Of a DNA stretch of 64,000 bases, positions 1-15,000 are shown piece after piece. Position 1 is the stretch's first letter; every line of letters starts with the position of its first letter. The notes under the pieces were generated by a model. The model saw nothing but the letters and a program-made list of their open reading frames with translations, made no database searches and was not told where the DNA came from. Location of the stretch: contig OZ360241.1 of the NCBI GenBank assembly GCA_977017645.1, positions 34,410,001-34,474,000 of the forward strand, read 5' to 3'. The DNA comes from Torpedo marmorata (Eukaryota). The translations under genes and the position numbers were made by a program.

Positions 1-31
1 TAAACCTAACCGGACACCTTCACACTTCCAC

Positions 32-3000
32 AAACAACTGAAGCATCAACAAGTGTAGAGGCGATCGCTGTTTCAACCACGACAACAGCACACACCACAA
101 CTGCAGCAGAAACCTCAACTGCAGGCAGTATGAGTGCTTCAACATCTGAAACTACATATGCTCCAACAATGACAACAACTGCAAACACTGGTGAGTGTAC
201 TTGAAATAGGAACAAGTTAGAAATACAATTCATTTTACATCAAATAAAGCTGAAATAATTCAGATGCGATCTCGCAATGAACGTTGTGCTGATCTTTCAA
301 CCAAATTCACACCAGAGTTGACAGAACGATTTATCTTCCCTCACCTCTGTTCATAAGGTTACTCAGCATCATTCAAAATGTATTTTCATGAAATAATCGT
401 CTTCTAAGATGAAATTGCAATAATCAATCAATGCATTTTCTGAAACAATACTCACTATCTTCAAACTTACTATCACATGACACTTTCACACTTGCAGAAA
501 CAACTGAAGCATCAATAAGTACAGAGGCGACCACTGTTGCAACTACGACAATAGCACTTTCCACAACTGCAGCAGAAACCTCAACTGCAGGCAGTACAAG
601 TGCTTTGACATCTGAAATTACATCTGCTCCAACAATGACGACAACTGCAACCACTGGTGAGTATTCTTGAAAGTGGAAAAATAAATAAATTCAATTCATT
701 TCATATCCAATAAATCGGAAATAATTAAAATGCAATCAACCAACAAACAATTAGCGGATTCTGCAACAAAAATAGCACTGCAATTCGCAGCAGGAATTGG
801 CCAGTATTCAGTGATCAGTAGGACACAGTGCATCATTCAAAAAATAGCTTAACGTTATCATGGCTTTCTGACACGTATATGGAGAGAGAGATCAATGCGA
901 TTTCTCTATAATCACTCACTATCTTCAAACTAACTGTTACTTGACACCTTCACAATTCCAGAAACAATTGAAGCATCAACAAGTGCAGAGGCGACCACTG
1001 TTTCAACCACGACAACAGCACACAATACAACTGCAGCAGAAACCTCAACTGCAGGCAGTACGAGTGCTTCAACATCTGAAACTACATCTGCTCCAACAAC
1101 AAAGGCAAGCACTGGTGAGTATTTTTGAAAGAGGAAAAGATATAAAATCAGTTCATTTCATGTCCAATAAATCTGAAATAATCCAACAAGCAATTAGCTT
1201 ATTTTCGCGCCAAACACGCACCAGAATTAACAGAAAGAATAAAGTTCCAGGAAACATTGTTCAGACGTTTACTCAGCATCATTCAAAATGTATTTTAATG
1301 ACATAATCGTTTGTGCAAAAGCACTCACTATCTTTAAACTTCCTGCAACATGACACTTTCACGCTTCCAGAAACAACTGAAACATCAATAAGTACAGAGG
1401 CGAAGACTGTGGAAACCACGACAACTGCAGAGACCAAAACTGGAGCAGAAACCTCAACTGTCGGCAGTTCGAGTGCTTCAACATCTGAAACTACATCTGC
1501 TCCAACAATGACAACAACTGCAAACACTGGTGAGTGTACTTGAAAGAGGAACAAGTTAGAAATACAATTCATTTTATGTCAAATAAAGGTGAAATAATTC
1601 AGATGCGATCTCGCAATGAACGTTGTGCTGATCTTTCAACCAAATTCGCACCAGAGTTGACAGAAATATTAATTTTCCCACACCTCTGTTCCTAAGGTTA
1701 CTCAGCATCATTCAAAATGTATTTTCATGAAATTATCGTCTTCTAAGATGAAATTGCAATAATAATCAATGCATTTTCTGAAACAATACTCACTATCTTC
1801 AAATTTACTGTCACCTGACACTTTCACACTTGCAGAAACAACTAAAGCATCAAGTACAGAGGCGACCACTGTTGCAACCACGACAATAGCACTTTCCACA
1901 ACTGCAGCAGAAACCTCAAATGTAGGCAGTACAAGTGCTTTGACATCTGAAATTACATCTGCTCCAACAATGACGACAACTGCAACCACTGGTGAGTATT
2001 CTTGAAAGTGGAAAAATAAATATATTCAATTCATTTCATATCCAATAAATCTGAAATAATTAAAATGCTATCAACCAACAAACAATTAGCGGATTCTGCA
2101 ACAAAAATTGCACTGCAATTCGCAGCAGGAATTGGCCAGTATTCAGTGTTCAGTAGGACACAGTGCATCATTAAAAAAGTAGCTTGAAGTTATCATGGCT
2201 TTCTGACATGAATTTGGAGAGAGAGATCAATGCGATTTCTGTATAAACACTCACTATCTTCAAACTAACTGTAACTTGACATCTTCACACTTCCAGAAAC
2301 AACTGAAGCATCAACAAGTGCAGAGGCGACCACTGTTGCAACTACGACAATAGCACTTTCCACAACTGCAGCAGGAACCTCAACTGCAGGCAGTACAAGT
2401 GCTTTGACATCTGAAATTACATCTGCTCCAACAATGATGACAACTGCAACCACTGGTGAGAATTGTTGAAAGTGGAAAAATAAATAAATTCAATTCATTT
2501 CATATCCAATAAATCTGAAATAATTGAAATGCAATCAGCCAACAAACAATTAGCGGATTCTGCAACAAAAATTGCACTGTAATTCGCAGCAGGAATTGGC
2601 CAGTATTCAGGTGTTCAGTAGGACATAGTGCATCATTCAAAAAGTAGCTTGACGTTATCATGGCTTTCTGAAATTGGAGAGAGAGATCAATGCGATTTCT
2701 GTATAAACACTCACTATTTTCAAGCTAACTGTAACTGGACACCTTCACACTTCCAGAAACAATTGAAGCATCAACAAGTGCAGAGGCGACCACTGTTTCA
2801 ACCACGACAACAGCACACACCACAACTCCAGCAGAAACCTCAACTGCAGGCAGTACGAGTGCTTCAACACCTGAAACTACATCTGCTCCAACAACAAAGG
2901 CAAGCACTGGTGAGTATTTTTGAAAGAGGAAAAGATATAAAATCAGTTCATTTCATGTCCAATAAATCTGAAATAATCCAACAAACAATTTGCTGATTTT

Positions 3001-6000
3001 CCTGCCAAACACGCACCAGAATTAACAGAAAGAATAAAGTTCCAGGAAACATTGTTCAGAAATTTACTCAGCATCATTCAAAATGTATTTTAATGACACA
3101 ATCGTTTGTGCAAAAGCACTCACTATCTTTAAACTTCCTGCAACTTGACACTTTCACGCTTCCAGAAACAACTGAAACATCAATAAGTACAGAGGCGACG
3201 AATGTGGAAACCACGACAACTGCAGTGACCACAAATGCAGCAGAAACCTCAACTGTCGGCAGTTCGAGTGCTTCAACATCTGAAACTCCATCTGCTCCAA
3301 CAATGACAACAACTGCAAACACAGGTGAGTGTACTTGAAATAGGAATAAGTTAGAAATACAATTCATTTTATGTCAAATAAAGCTGAAATAATTCAGATG
3401 CGATCTCGCAATGAACGTTGTGCTGATCTTTCAACCAAATTCGCACCAGAGTTGACAGATATATTAATTTTCCCACACCTCTGTTCCTAAGGTTACTCAG
3501 CATCATTCAAAATGTATTTTCATGAAATAATCGTCTTCTAAGATGAAATTGCAATAATCAATCAATGCATTTTCTGAAACAATACTCACTATCTTCAAAC
3601 TTACTGTCACCTGACACTTTCACACTTGCAGAAACAACTGAAGCATCAAGTACCAAGGCAACTCCTGTTGCAAATACAACAATAGCACTTTCCACAACTG
3701 CAGCAGAAACCTCAACTGCAGGCAGTACAATTGCTTTGACATCTGAAATTACATCTGCTCCAACAATGACGACAACTGCAACCACTGGTGAGTATTCTTG
3801 AAAGTGGGAAAATAAATAAATTCAATTCATTTCATATCCAATAAATCTGAAATAACTAAAATGCAATCAACCAACAAACAATTAGCTGATTCTGCAACAA
3901 AAATTGCACAACAATTCACAGCAGGAATACACTAGTAATCAGTTGGACACTGTGCATCATTCAAAAAGGGGCTTGTAGATATCATGGTCTTATGATACAA
4001 AATTAGATTGATCAATGCGATTAATGCATAAACATTCATTATCTTCAACCTAAACCTAACCGGACACCTTCACACTTCCAGAAACAATTGAAGCATCAAA
4101 AAGTGTAGAGGCGACCGCTGTTTCAACCACGACAACAGCACACACCACAACTGCAGCAGAAACCTCAACTGCAGGCAGTATGAGTGCTTCAACATCTGAA
4201 ACTACATCTGCTCCAACAATGACAACAACTGCAAACACTGGTGAGTGTACTTGAAAGAGGAACAAGTTAGAAATACAATTCATTTTATGTCAAATAAAGG
4301 TGAAATAATTCAGATGCGATCTCGCAATGAACGTTGTGCTGATCTTTCAACCAAATTCGCACCAGAGTTGACAGAAATATTAATTTTCCCACACCTCTGT
4401 TCCTAAGGTTACTCAGCATCATTCAAAATGTATTTTCATGAAATAATCGTCTTCTAAGATGAAATTGCAATAATAATCAATGCATTTTCTGAAACAATAC
4501 TCACTATCTTCAAATTTACTGTCACCTGACACTTTCACACTTGCAGAAACAACTAAAGCATCAAGTACAGAGGCGACCACTGTTGCAACCACGACAATAG
4601 CACTTTCCACAACTGCAGCAGAAACCTCAAATGTAGGCAGTACAAGTGCTTTGACATCTGAAATTACATCTGCTCCAACAATGACGACAACTGCAACCAC
4701 TGGTGAGTATTCTTGAAAGTGGAAAAATAAATATATTCAATTCATTTCATATCCAATAAATCTGAAATAATTAAAATGCTATCAACCAACAAACAATTAG
4801 CGGATTCTGCAACAAAAATTGCACTGCAATTCGCAGCAGGAATTGGCCAGTATTCAGTGTTCAGTAGGACACAGTGCATCATTAAAAAAGTAGCTTGAAG
4901 TTATCATGGCTTTCTGACACGAATTTGGAGAGAGAGATCAATGCGATTTCTGTATAAACACTCACTATCTTCAAACTAACTGTAACTTGACATCTTCACA
5001 CTTCCAGAAACAACTGAAGCATCAACAAGTGCAGAGGCGACCACTGTTGCAACTACGACAATAGCACTTTCCACAACTGCAGCAGGAACCTCAACTGCAG
5101 GCAGTACAAGTGCTTTGACATCTGAAATTACATCTGCTCCAACAATGATGACAACTGCAACCACTGGTGAGAATTGTTGAAAGTGAAAAAATAAATAAAT
5201 TCAATTCATTTCATATCCAATAAATCTGAAATAATTGAAATGCAATCAGCCAACAAACAATTAGCGGATTCTGCAACAAAAATTGCACTGTAATTCGCAG
5301 CAGGAATTGGCCAGTATTCAGGTGTTCAGTAGGACATAGTGCATCATTCAAAAAGTAGCTTGACGTTATCATGGCTTTCTGAAATTGGAGAGAGAGATCA
5401 ATGCGATTTCTGTATAAACACTCACTATTTTCAAGCTAACTGTAACTTGACACCTTCACACTTCCAGAAACAATTGAAGCATCAACAAGTGCAGAGGTGA
5501 CCACTGTTTCAACCACGACAACAGCACACACCACAACTCCAGCAGAAACCTCAACTGCAGGCAGTACGAGTGCTTCAACACCTGAAACTACATCTGCTCC
5601 AACAACAAAGGCAAGCACTGGTGAGTATTTTTGAAAGAGGAAAAGATATAAAATCAGTTCATTTCATGTCCAATAAATCTGAAATAATCCAACAAACAAT
5701 TTGCTGATTTTCCTGCCAAACACGCACCAGAATTAACAGAAAGAATAAAGTTCCAGGAAACATTGTTCAGAAATTTACTCAGCATCATTCAAAATGTATT
5801 TTAATGACACAATCGTTTGTGCAAAAGCACTCACTATCTTTAAACTTCCTGCAACTTGACACTTTCACGCTTCCAGAAACAACTGAAACATCAATAAGTA
5901 CAGAGGCGACGAATGTGGAAACCACGACAACAGCAGTGACCACAAATGCAGCAGAAACCTCAACTGTCGGCAGTTCGAGTGCTTCAACATCTGAAACTCC

Positions 6001-9000
6001 ATCTGCTCCAACAATGACAACAACTGCAAACACAGGTGAGTGTACTTGAAATAGGAATAAGTTAGAAATACAATTCATTTTATGTCAAATAAAGCTGAAA
6101 TAATTCAGATGCGATCTCGCAATGAACGTTGTGCTGATCTTTCAACCAAATTCGCACCAGAGTTGACAGATATATTAATTTTCCCACACCTCTGTTCCTA
6201 AGGTTACTCAGCATCATTCAAAATGTATTTTCATGAAATAATCGTCTTCTAAGATGAAATTGCAATAATCAATCAATGCATTTTCTGAAACAATACTCAC
6301 TATCTTCAAACTTACTGTCACCTGACACTTTCACACTTGCAGAAACAACTGAAGCATCAAGTACCAAGGCAACTCCTGTTGCAAATACAACAATAGCACT
6401 TTCCACAACTGCAGCAGAAACCTCAACTGCAGGCAGTACAATTGCTTTGACATCTGAAATTACATCTGCTCCAACAATGACGACAACTGCAACCACTGGT
6501 GAGTATTCTTGAAAGTGGGAAAATAAATAAATTCAATTCATTTCATATCCAATAAATCTGAAATAACTAAAATGCAATCAACCAACAAACAATTAGCTGA
6601 TTCTGCAACAAAAATTGCACAACAATTCACAGCAGGAATACACTAGTAATCAGTTGGACACTGTGCATCATTCAAAAAGGGGCTTGTAGATATCATGGTC
6701 TTATGATACAAAATTAGATTGATCAATGCGATTAATGCATAAACATTCATTATCTTCAACCTAAACCTAACCGGACACCTTCACACTTCCAGAAACAATT
6801 GAAGCATCAAAAAGTGTAGAGGCGACTGCTGTTTCAACCACGACAACAGCACACACCACAACTGCAGCAGAAACCTCAACTGCAGGCAGTATGAGTGCTT
6901 CAACATCTGAATCTCCCTCTGCTCCAATAATGACAACAACTCCAAACACTGGTGAGTGTACTTGAAATAGGAACAAGTTAGAAATACAATTCATTTTACA
7001 TCAAATAAAGCTGAAATAATTCAGATGCGATCTCGCAATGAACGTTGTGCTGATCTTTCAACCAAATTCGCACCAGAGTTGACAGAACGATTTATCTTCC
7101 CTCACCTCTGTTCATAAGGTTACTCAGCATCATTCAAAATGTATTTTCATGAAATAATCGTCTTCTAAGATGAAATTGCAATAATCAATCAATGCATTTT
7201 CTGAAACAATACTCACTATCTTCAAATTTACTGTCACCTGACACTTTCACACTTGCAGAAACAACTAAAGCATCAAGTACAGAGGCGACCACTGTTGCAA
7301 CCACGACAATAGCACTTTCCACAACTGCAGCAGAAACCTCAAATGTAGGCAGTACAAGTGCTTTGACATCTGAAATTACATCTGCTCCAACAATGACGAC
7401 AACTGCAACCACTGGTGAGTATTCTTGAAAGTGGAAAAATAAATATATTCAATTCATTTCATATCCAATAAATCTGAAATAATTAAAATGCTATCAAGCA
7501 ACAACAAATTAGCGGATTCTGCAACAAAAATAGCACTGCAATTCGCAGCAGGAATTGGCCAGTATTCAGTGTTCAGTAGGACACAGTGCATCATTAAAAA
7601 AGTAGCTTGAATTTATCATGGCTTTCTGACATGAATTTGGAGAGAGAGATCAATGCGATTTCTGTATAAACACTCACTATCTTCAAACTAACTGTAACTT
7701 GACACCTTCACACTTCCAGAAACAACGGAAGCATCAACAAGTGCAGAGGCGACCACTGCTGCAACTACGACAATAGCACTTTCCACAACTGCAGCAGGAA
7801 CCTCAACTGCAGGCAGTACAAGTGCTTTGACATCTGAAATTACATCTGCTCCAACAATGATGACAACTGCAACCACTGGTGAGAATTGTTGAAAGTGGTA
7901 AAATAAATAAATTCAATTCATTTCATATCCAATAAATCTGAAATAATTGAAATGCAATCAGCCAACAAACAATTAGCGGATTCTGCAACAAAAATAGCAC
8001 TGCAATTCGCAGCAGGAATTGGCCAGTATTCAGGTGTTAAGTAGGACATAGTGCATCATTCAAAAAGTAGCTTGACGTTATCATGGCTTTCTGAAATTGG
8101 AGTGAGAGATCAATGCGATTTCTGTATAAACACTCACTATCTTCAAGCTAACTGTAACTTGACACCTTCACACTTCCAGAAACAACTGAAGCATCAACAA
8201 GTGTAGAGGCGACCGCTGCTTCAACCACGACAACAGCACATACCACAACTGCAGCAGAAACCTCAACTGCAGGCAGTATGAGTGCTTCAACATCTGAAAC
8301 TACATCTGCTCCAACAATGACAACAACTGCAAACACAGGTGAGTGTTCTTGAAATAGGAATAAGTTAGAAATACAATTCATTTTATGTCAAATAAAGCTG
8401 AAATAATTCAGATGCGATCTCGCAATGAACGTTGTGCTGATCTTTCAACCAAATTCGCACCAGAGTTGACAGAAATATTAATTTTCCCACACCTCTGTTC
8501 CTCAGGTTACTCAGCATCATTCAAAATGTATTTTCATGAAATAATCGTCTTCTAAGATGAAATTGCAATAATCAATCAATGCATTTTCTGAAACAATACT
8601 CACTATCTTCAATCTTACTGTCACCTGACACTTTCACACTTGCAGAAACAACTGAAGCATCAAGTACCAAGGCAACTCCTGTTGCAAATACAACAATAGC
8701 ACTTTCCACAACAGCAGCAGAAACCTCAACTGCAGGCAGTACAATTGCTTTGACATCTGAAATTACATCTGCTCCAACAATGACGACAACTGCAACCACT
8801 GGTGAGTATTCTTGAAAGTGGGAAAATAAATAAATTCAATTCATTTCATATCCAATAAATCTGAAATAAATAAAATGCAATCAACCAACAAACAATTAGC
8901 TGATTCTGCAACAAAAATTGCACAATAATTCACAGCAGGAATACACTAGTAATCAGTTGGACACTGTGCATCATTCAAAAAGGGGCTTGTAGATATCATG

Positions 9001-12000
9001 GTCTTATGATACAAAATTAGATTGATCAATGCGATTAATGCATAAACATTCATTATCTTCAACCTAAACCTAACCGGACACCTTCACACTTCCAGAAACA
9101 ATTGAAGCATCAAAAAGTGTAGAGGCGACCGCCGTTTCAACCACGACAACAGCACACACCACAACTGCAGCAGAAACCTCAACTGCAGGCAGTACGAGTG
9201 CTTCAACGTCTGAATCTCCATCTGCTCCAACAATGACAACAACTCCAAACATTGGTGAGTGTACTTGAAATAGGAACAGTTAGAAATACAATTCATTTTA
9301 CATCAAATAAAGCTGAAATAATTCAGATGCGATCTCGCAATGAACGTTGTGCTAATCTTTCAACCAAATTCGCACCAGAGTTGACAGAAATATTAATTTT
9401 CCCACACCTCTGTTCCTAAGGTTACTCAGCATCATTCAAAATATATTTTCATGAAATAATCGTCTTCTAAGATGAAATTGCAATAATAATCAATGCATTT
9501 TCTGAAACAATACTCACTATCTTCAAATTTACTGTCACCTGACACTTTCACACTTGCAGAAACAACTAAAGCATCAAGTACAGAGGCGACCACTGTTGCA
9601 ACCACGACAATAGCACTTTCCACAACTGCAGCAGAAACCTCAAATGTAGGCAGTACAAGTGCTTTGACATCTGAAATTACATCTGCTCCAACAATGACGA
9701 CAACTGCAACCACTGGTGAGTATTCTTGAAAGTGGAAAAATAAATATATTCAATTCATTTCATATCCAATAAATCTGAAATAATTAAAATGCTATCAACC
9801 AACAAACAATTAGCGGATTCTGCAACAAAAATTGCACTGCAATTCGCAGCAGGAATTGGCCAGTATTCAGTGTTCAGTAGGACACAGTGCATCATTAAAA
9901 AAGTAGCTTGAAGTTATCATGGCTTTCTGACACGAATTTGGAGAGAGAGATCAATGCGATTTCTGTATAAACACTCACTATCTTCAAACTAATTGTAACT
10001 TGACATCTTCACACTTCCAGAAACAACTGAAGCATCAACAAGTGCAGAGGCGACCACTGTTGCAACTACGACAATAGCACTTTCCACAACTGCAGCAGGA
10101 ACCTCAACTGCAGGCAGTACAAGTGCTTTGACATCTGAAATTACATCTGCTCCAACAATGATGACAACTGCAACCACTGGTGAGTATTCTTGAAAGTGGA
10201 AAAATAAATAAATTCAATTCATTTCATATCCAATAAATCTGAAATAATTGAAATGCAATCAGCCAACAAACAATTAGCGGATTCTGCAACAAAAATTGCA
10301 CTGTAATTCGCAGCAGGAATTGGCCAGTATTCAGGTGTTCAGTAGGACATAGTGCATCATTCAAAAAGTAGCTTGACGTTATCATGGCTTTCTGAAATTG
10401 GAGTGAGAGATCAATGCGATTTCTGTATAAACACTCACTATTTTCAAGCTAACTGTAACTTGACACCTTCACACTTCCAGAAACAATTGAAGCATCAACA
10501 AGTGCAGAGGCGACCACTGTTTCAACCACGACAACAGCACACACCACAACTCCAGCAGAAACTTCAACTGCAGGCAGTACGAGTGCTTCAACACCTGAAA
10601 CTACATCTGCTCCAACAACAAAGGCAAGCACTGGTGAGTATTTTTGAAAGAGGAAAAGATATAAAATCAGTTCATTTCATGTCCAATAAATCTGAAATAA
10701 TCCAACAAACAATTTGCTGATTTTCCTGCCAAACACGCACCAGAATTAACAGAAAGAATAAAGTTCCAGGAAACATTGTTCAGAAATTTACTCAGCATCA
10801 TTCAAAATGTATTTTAATGACACAATCGTTTGTGCAAAAGCACTCACTATCTTTAAACTTCCTGCAACTTGACACTTTCACGCTTCCAGAAACAACTGAA
10901 ACATCAATAAGTACAGAGGCGACGAATGTGGAAACCACGACAACTGCAGTGACCACAAATGCAGCAGAAACCTCAACTGTCGGCAGTTCGAGTGCTTCAA
11001 CATCTGAAACTCCATCTGCTCCAACAATGACAACAACTGCAAACACAGGTGAGTGTACTTGAAATAGGAATAAGTTAGAAATACAATTCATTTTATGTCA
11101 AATAAAGCTGAAATAATTCAGATGCGATCTCGCAATGAACGTTGTGCTGATCTTTCAACCAAATTCGCACCAGAGTTGACAGATATATTAATTTTCCCAC
11201 ACCTCTGTTCCTAAGGTTACTCAGCATCATTCAAAATGTATTTTCATGAAATAATCGTCTTCTAAGATGAAATTGCAATAATCAATCAATGCATTTTCTG
11301 AAACAATACTCACTATCTTCAAACTTACTGTCACCTGACACTTTCACACTTGCAGAAACAACTGAAGCATCAAGTACCAAGGCAACTCCTGTTGCAAATA
11401 CAACAATAGCACTTTCCACAACTGCAGCAGAAACCTCAACTGCAGGCAGTACAATTGCTTTGACATCTGAAATTACATCTGCTCCAACAATGATGACAAC
11501 TGCAACCACTGGTGAGTATTCTTGAAAGTGGGAAAATAAATAAATTCAATTCATTTCATATCCAATAAATCTGAAATAACTAAAATGCAATCAACCAACA
11601 AACAATTAGCTAATTCTGCAACAAAAATTGCACAACAATTCACAGCAGGAATACACTAGTAATCAGTTGGACACTGTGCATCATTCAAAAAGGGGCTTGT
11701 AGATATCATGGTCTTATGATACAAAATTAGATTGATCAATGCGATTAATGCATAAACATTCATTATCTTCAACCTAAACCTAACCGGACACCTTCACACT
11801 TCCAGAAACAATTGAAGCATCAAAAAGTGTAGAGGCGACCGCCGTTTCAACCACGACAACAGCACACACCACAACTGCAGCAGAAACCTCAACTGCAGGC
11901 AGTATGAGTGCTTCAACATCTGAAACTACATCTGCTCCAACAATGACAACAACTGCAAACACTGGTGAGTGTACTTGAAAGAGGAACAAGTTAGAAATAC

Positions 12001-15000
12001 AATTCATTTTATGTCAAATAAAGGTGAAATAATTCAGATGCGATCTCGCAATGAACGTTGTGCTGATCTTTCAACCAAATTCGCACCAGAGTTGACAGAA
12101 ATATTAATTTTCCCACACCTCTGTTCCTAAGGTTACTCAGCATCATTCAAAATGTATTTTCATGAAATAATCGTCTTCTAAGATGAAATTGCAATAATAA
12201 TCAATGCATTTTCTGAAACAATACTCACTATCTTCAAATTTACTGTCACCTGACACTTTCACACTTGCAGAAACAACTAAAGCATCAAGTACAGAGGCGA
12301 CCACTGTTGCAACCACGACAATAGCACTTTCCACAACTGCAGCAGAAACCTCAAATGTAGGCAGTACAAGTGCTTTGACATCTGAAATTACATCTGCTCC
12401 AACAATGACGACAACTGCAACCACTGGTGAGTATTCTTGAAAGTGGAAAAATAAATATATTCAATTCATTTCATATCCAATAAATCTGAAATAATTAAAA
12501 TGCTATCAACCAACAAACAATTAGCGGATTCTGCAACAAAAATTGCACTGCAATTCGCAGCAGGAATTGGCCAGTATTCAGTGTTCAGTAGGACACAGTG
12601 CATCATTAAAAAAGTAGCTTGAAGTTATCATGGCTTTCTGACACGAATTTGGAGAGAGAGATCAATGCGATTTCTGTATAAACACTCACTATCTTCAAAC
12701 TAACTGTAACTTGACATCTTCACACTTCCAGAAACAACTGAAGCATCAACAAGTGCAGAGGCGACCACTGTTGCAACTACGACAATAGCACTTTCCACAA
12801 CTGCAGCAGGAACCTCAACTGCAGGCAGTACAAGTGCTTTGACATCTGAAATTACATCTGCTCCAACAATGATGACAACTGCAACCACTGGTGAGAATTG
12901 TTGAAAGTGGAAAAATAAATAAATTCAATTCATTTCATATCCAATAAATCTGAAATAATTGAAATGCAATCAGCCAACAAACAATTAGCGGATTCTGCAA
13001 CAAAAATTGCACTGTAATTCGCAGCAGGAATTGGCCAGTATTCAGGTGTTCAGTAGGACATAGTGCATCATTCAAAAAGTAGCTTGATGTTATCATGGCT
13101 TTCTGAAATTGGAGAGAGAGATCAATGCGATTTCTGTATAAACACTCACTATTTTCAAGCTAACTGTAACTTGACACCTTCACACTTCCAGAAACAATTG
13201 AAGCATCAACAAGTGCAGAGGCGACCACTGTTTCAACCACGACAACAGCACACACCACAACTCCAGCAGAAACCTCAACTGCAGGCAGTACGAGTGCTTC
13301 AACACCTGAAACTACATCTGCTCCAACAACAAAGGCAAGCACTGGTGAGTATTTTTGAAAGAGGAAAAGATATAAAATCAGTTCATTTCATGTCCAATAA
13401 ATCTGAAATAATCCAACAAACAATTTGCTGATTTTCCTGCCAAACACGCACCAGAATTAACAGAAAGAATAAAGTTCCAGGAAACATTGTTCAGAAATTT
13501 ACTCAGCATCATTCAAAATGTATTTTAATGACACAATCGTTTGTGCAAAAGCACTCACTATCTTTAAACTTCCTGCAACTTGACACTTTCACGCTTCCAG
13601 AAACAACTGAAACATCAATAAGTACAGAGGCGACGAATGTGGAAACCACGACAACTGCAGTGACCACAAATGCAGCAGAAACCTCAACTGTCGGCAGTTC
13701 GAGTGCTTCAACATCTGAAACTCCATCTGCTCCAACAATGACAACAACTGCAAACACAGGTGAGTGTACTTGAAATAGGAATAAGTTAGAAATACAATTC
13801 ATTTTATGTCAAATAAAGCTGAAATAATTCAGATGCGATCTCGCAATGAACGTTGTGCTGATCTTTCAACCAAATTCGCACCAGAGTTGACAGATATATT
13901 AATTTTCCCACACCTCTGTTCCTAAGGTTACTCAGCATCATTCAAAATGTATTTTCATGAAATAATCGTCTTCTAAGATGAAATTGCAATAATCAATCAA
14001 TGCATTTTCTGAAACAATACTCACTATCTTCAAACTTACTGTCACCTGACACTTTCACACTTGCAGAAACAACTGAAGCATCAAGTACCAAGGCAACTCC
14101 TGTTGCAAATACAACAATAGCACTTTCCACAACTGCAGCAGAAACCTCAACTGCAGGCAGTACAATTGCTTTGACATCTGAAATTACATCTGCTCCAACA
14201 ATGACGACAACTGCAACCACTGGTGAGTATTCTTGAAAGTGGGAAAATAAATAAATTCAATTCATTTCATATCCAATAAATCTGAAATAACTAAAATGCA
14301 ATCAACCAACAAACAATTAGCTGATTCTGCAACAAAAATTGCACAACAATTCACAGCAGGAATACACTAGTAATCAGTTGGACACTGTGCATCATTCAAA
14401 AAGGGGCTTGTAGATATCATGGTCTTATGATACAAAATTAGATTGATCAATGCGATTAATGCATAAACATTCATTATCTTCAACCTAAACCTAACCGGAC
14501 ACCTTCACACTTCCAGAAACAATTGAAGCATCAAAAAGTGTAGAGGCGACCGCTGTTTCAACCACGACAACAGCACACACCACAACTGCAGCAGAAACCT
14601 CAACTGCAGGCAGTACGAGTGCTTCAACATCTGAAACTACATCTGCTCCAACAATGACAACAACTGCAAACACTGGTGAGTGTACTTGAAAGAGGAACAA
14701 GTTAGAAATACAATTCATTTTATGTCAAATAAAGGTGAAATAATTCAGATGCGATCTCGCAATGAACGTTGTGCTGATCTTTCAACCAAATTCGCACCAG
14801 AGTTGACAGAAATATTAATTTTCCCACACCTCTGTTCCTAAGGTTACTCAGCATCATTCAAAATGTATTTTCATGAAATAATCGTCTTCTAAGATGAAAT
14901 TGCAATAATAATCAATGCATTTTCTGAAACAATACTCACTATCTTCAAATTTACTGTCACCTGACACTTTCACACTTGCAGAAACAACTAAAGCATCAAG

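Noticed and set aside
29-31. U12-type (AT-AC) intron suggested by the AC acceptor
   Set aside because: Homologous donors are GTGAGT and there is no TCCTTAAC branch site. A point mutation is simpler.
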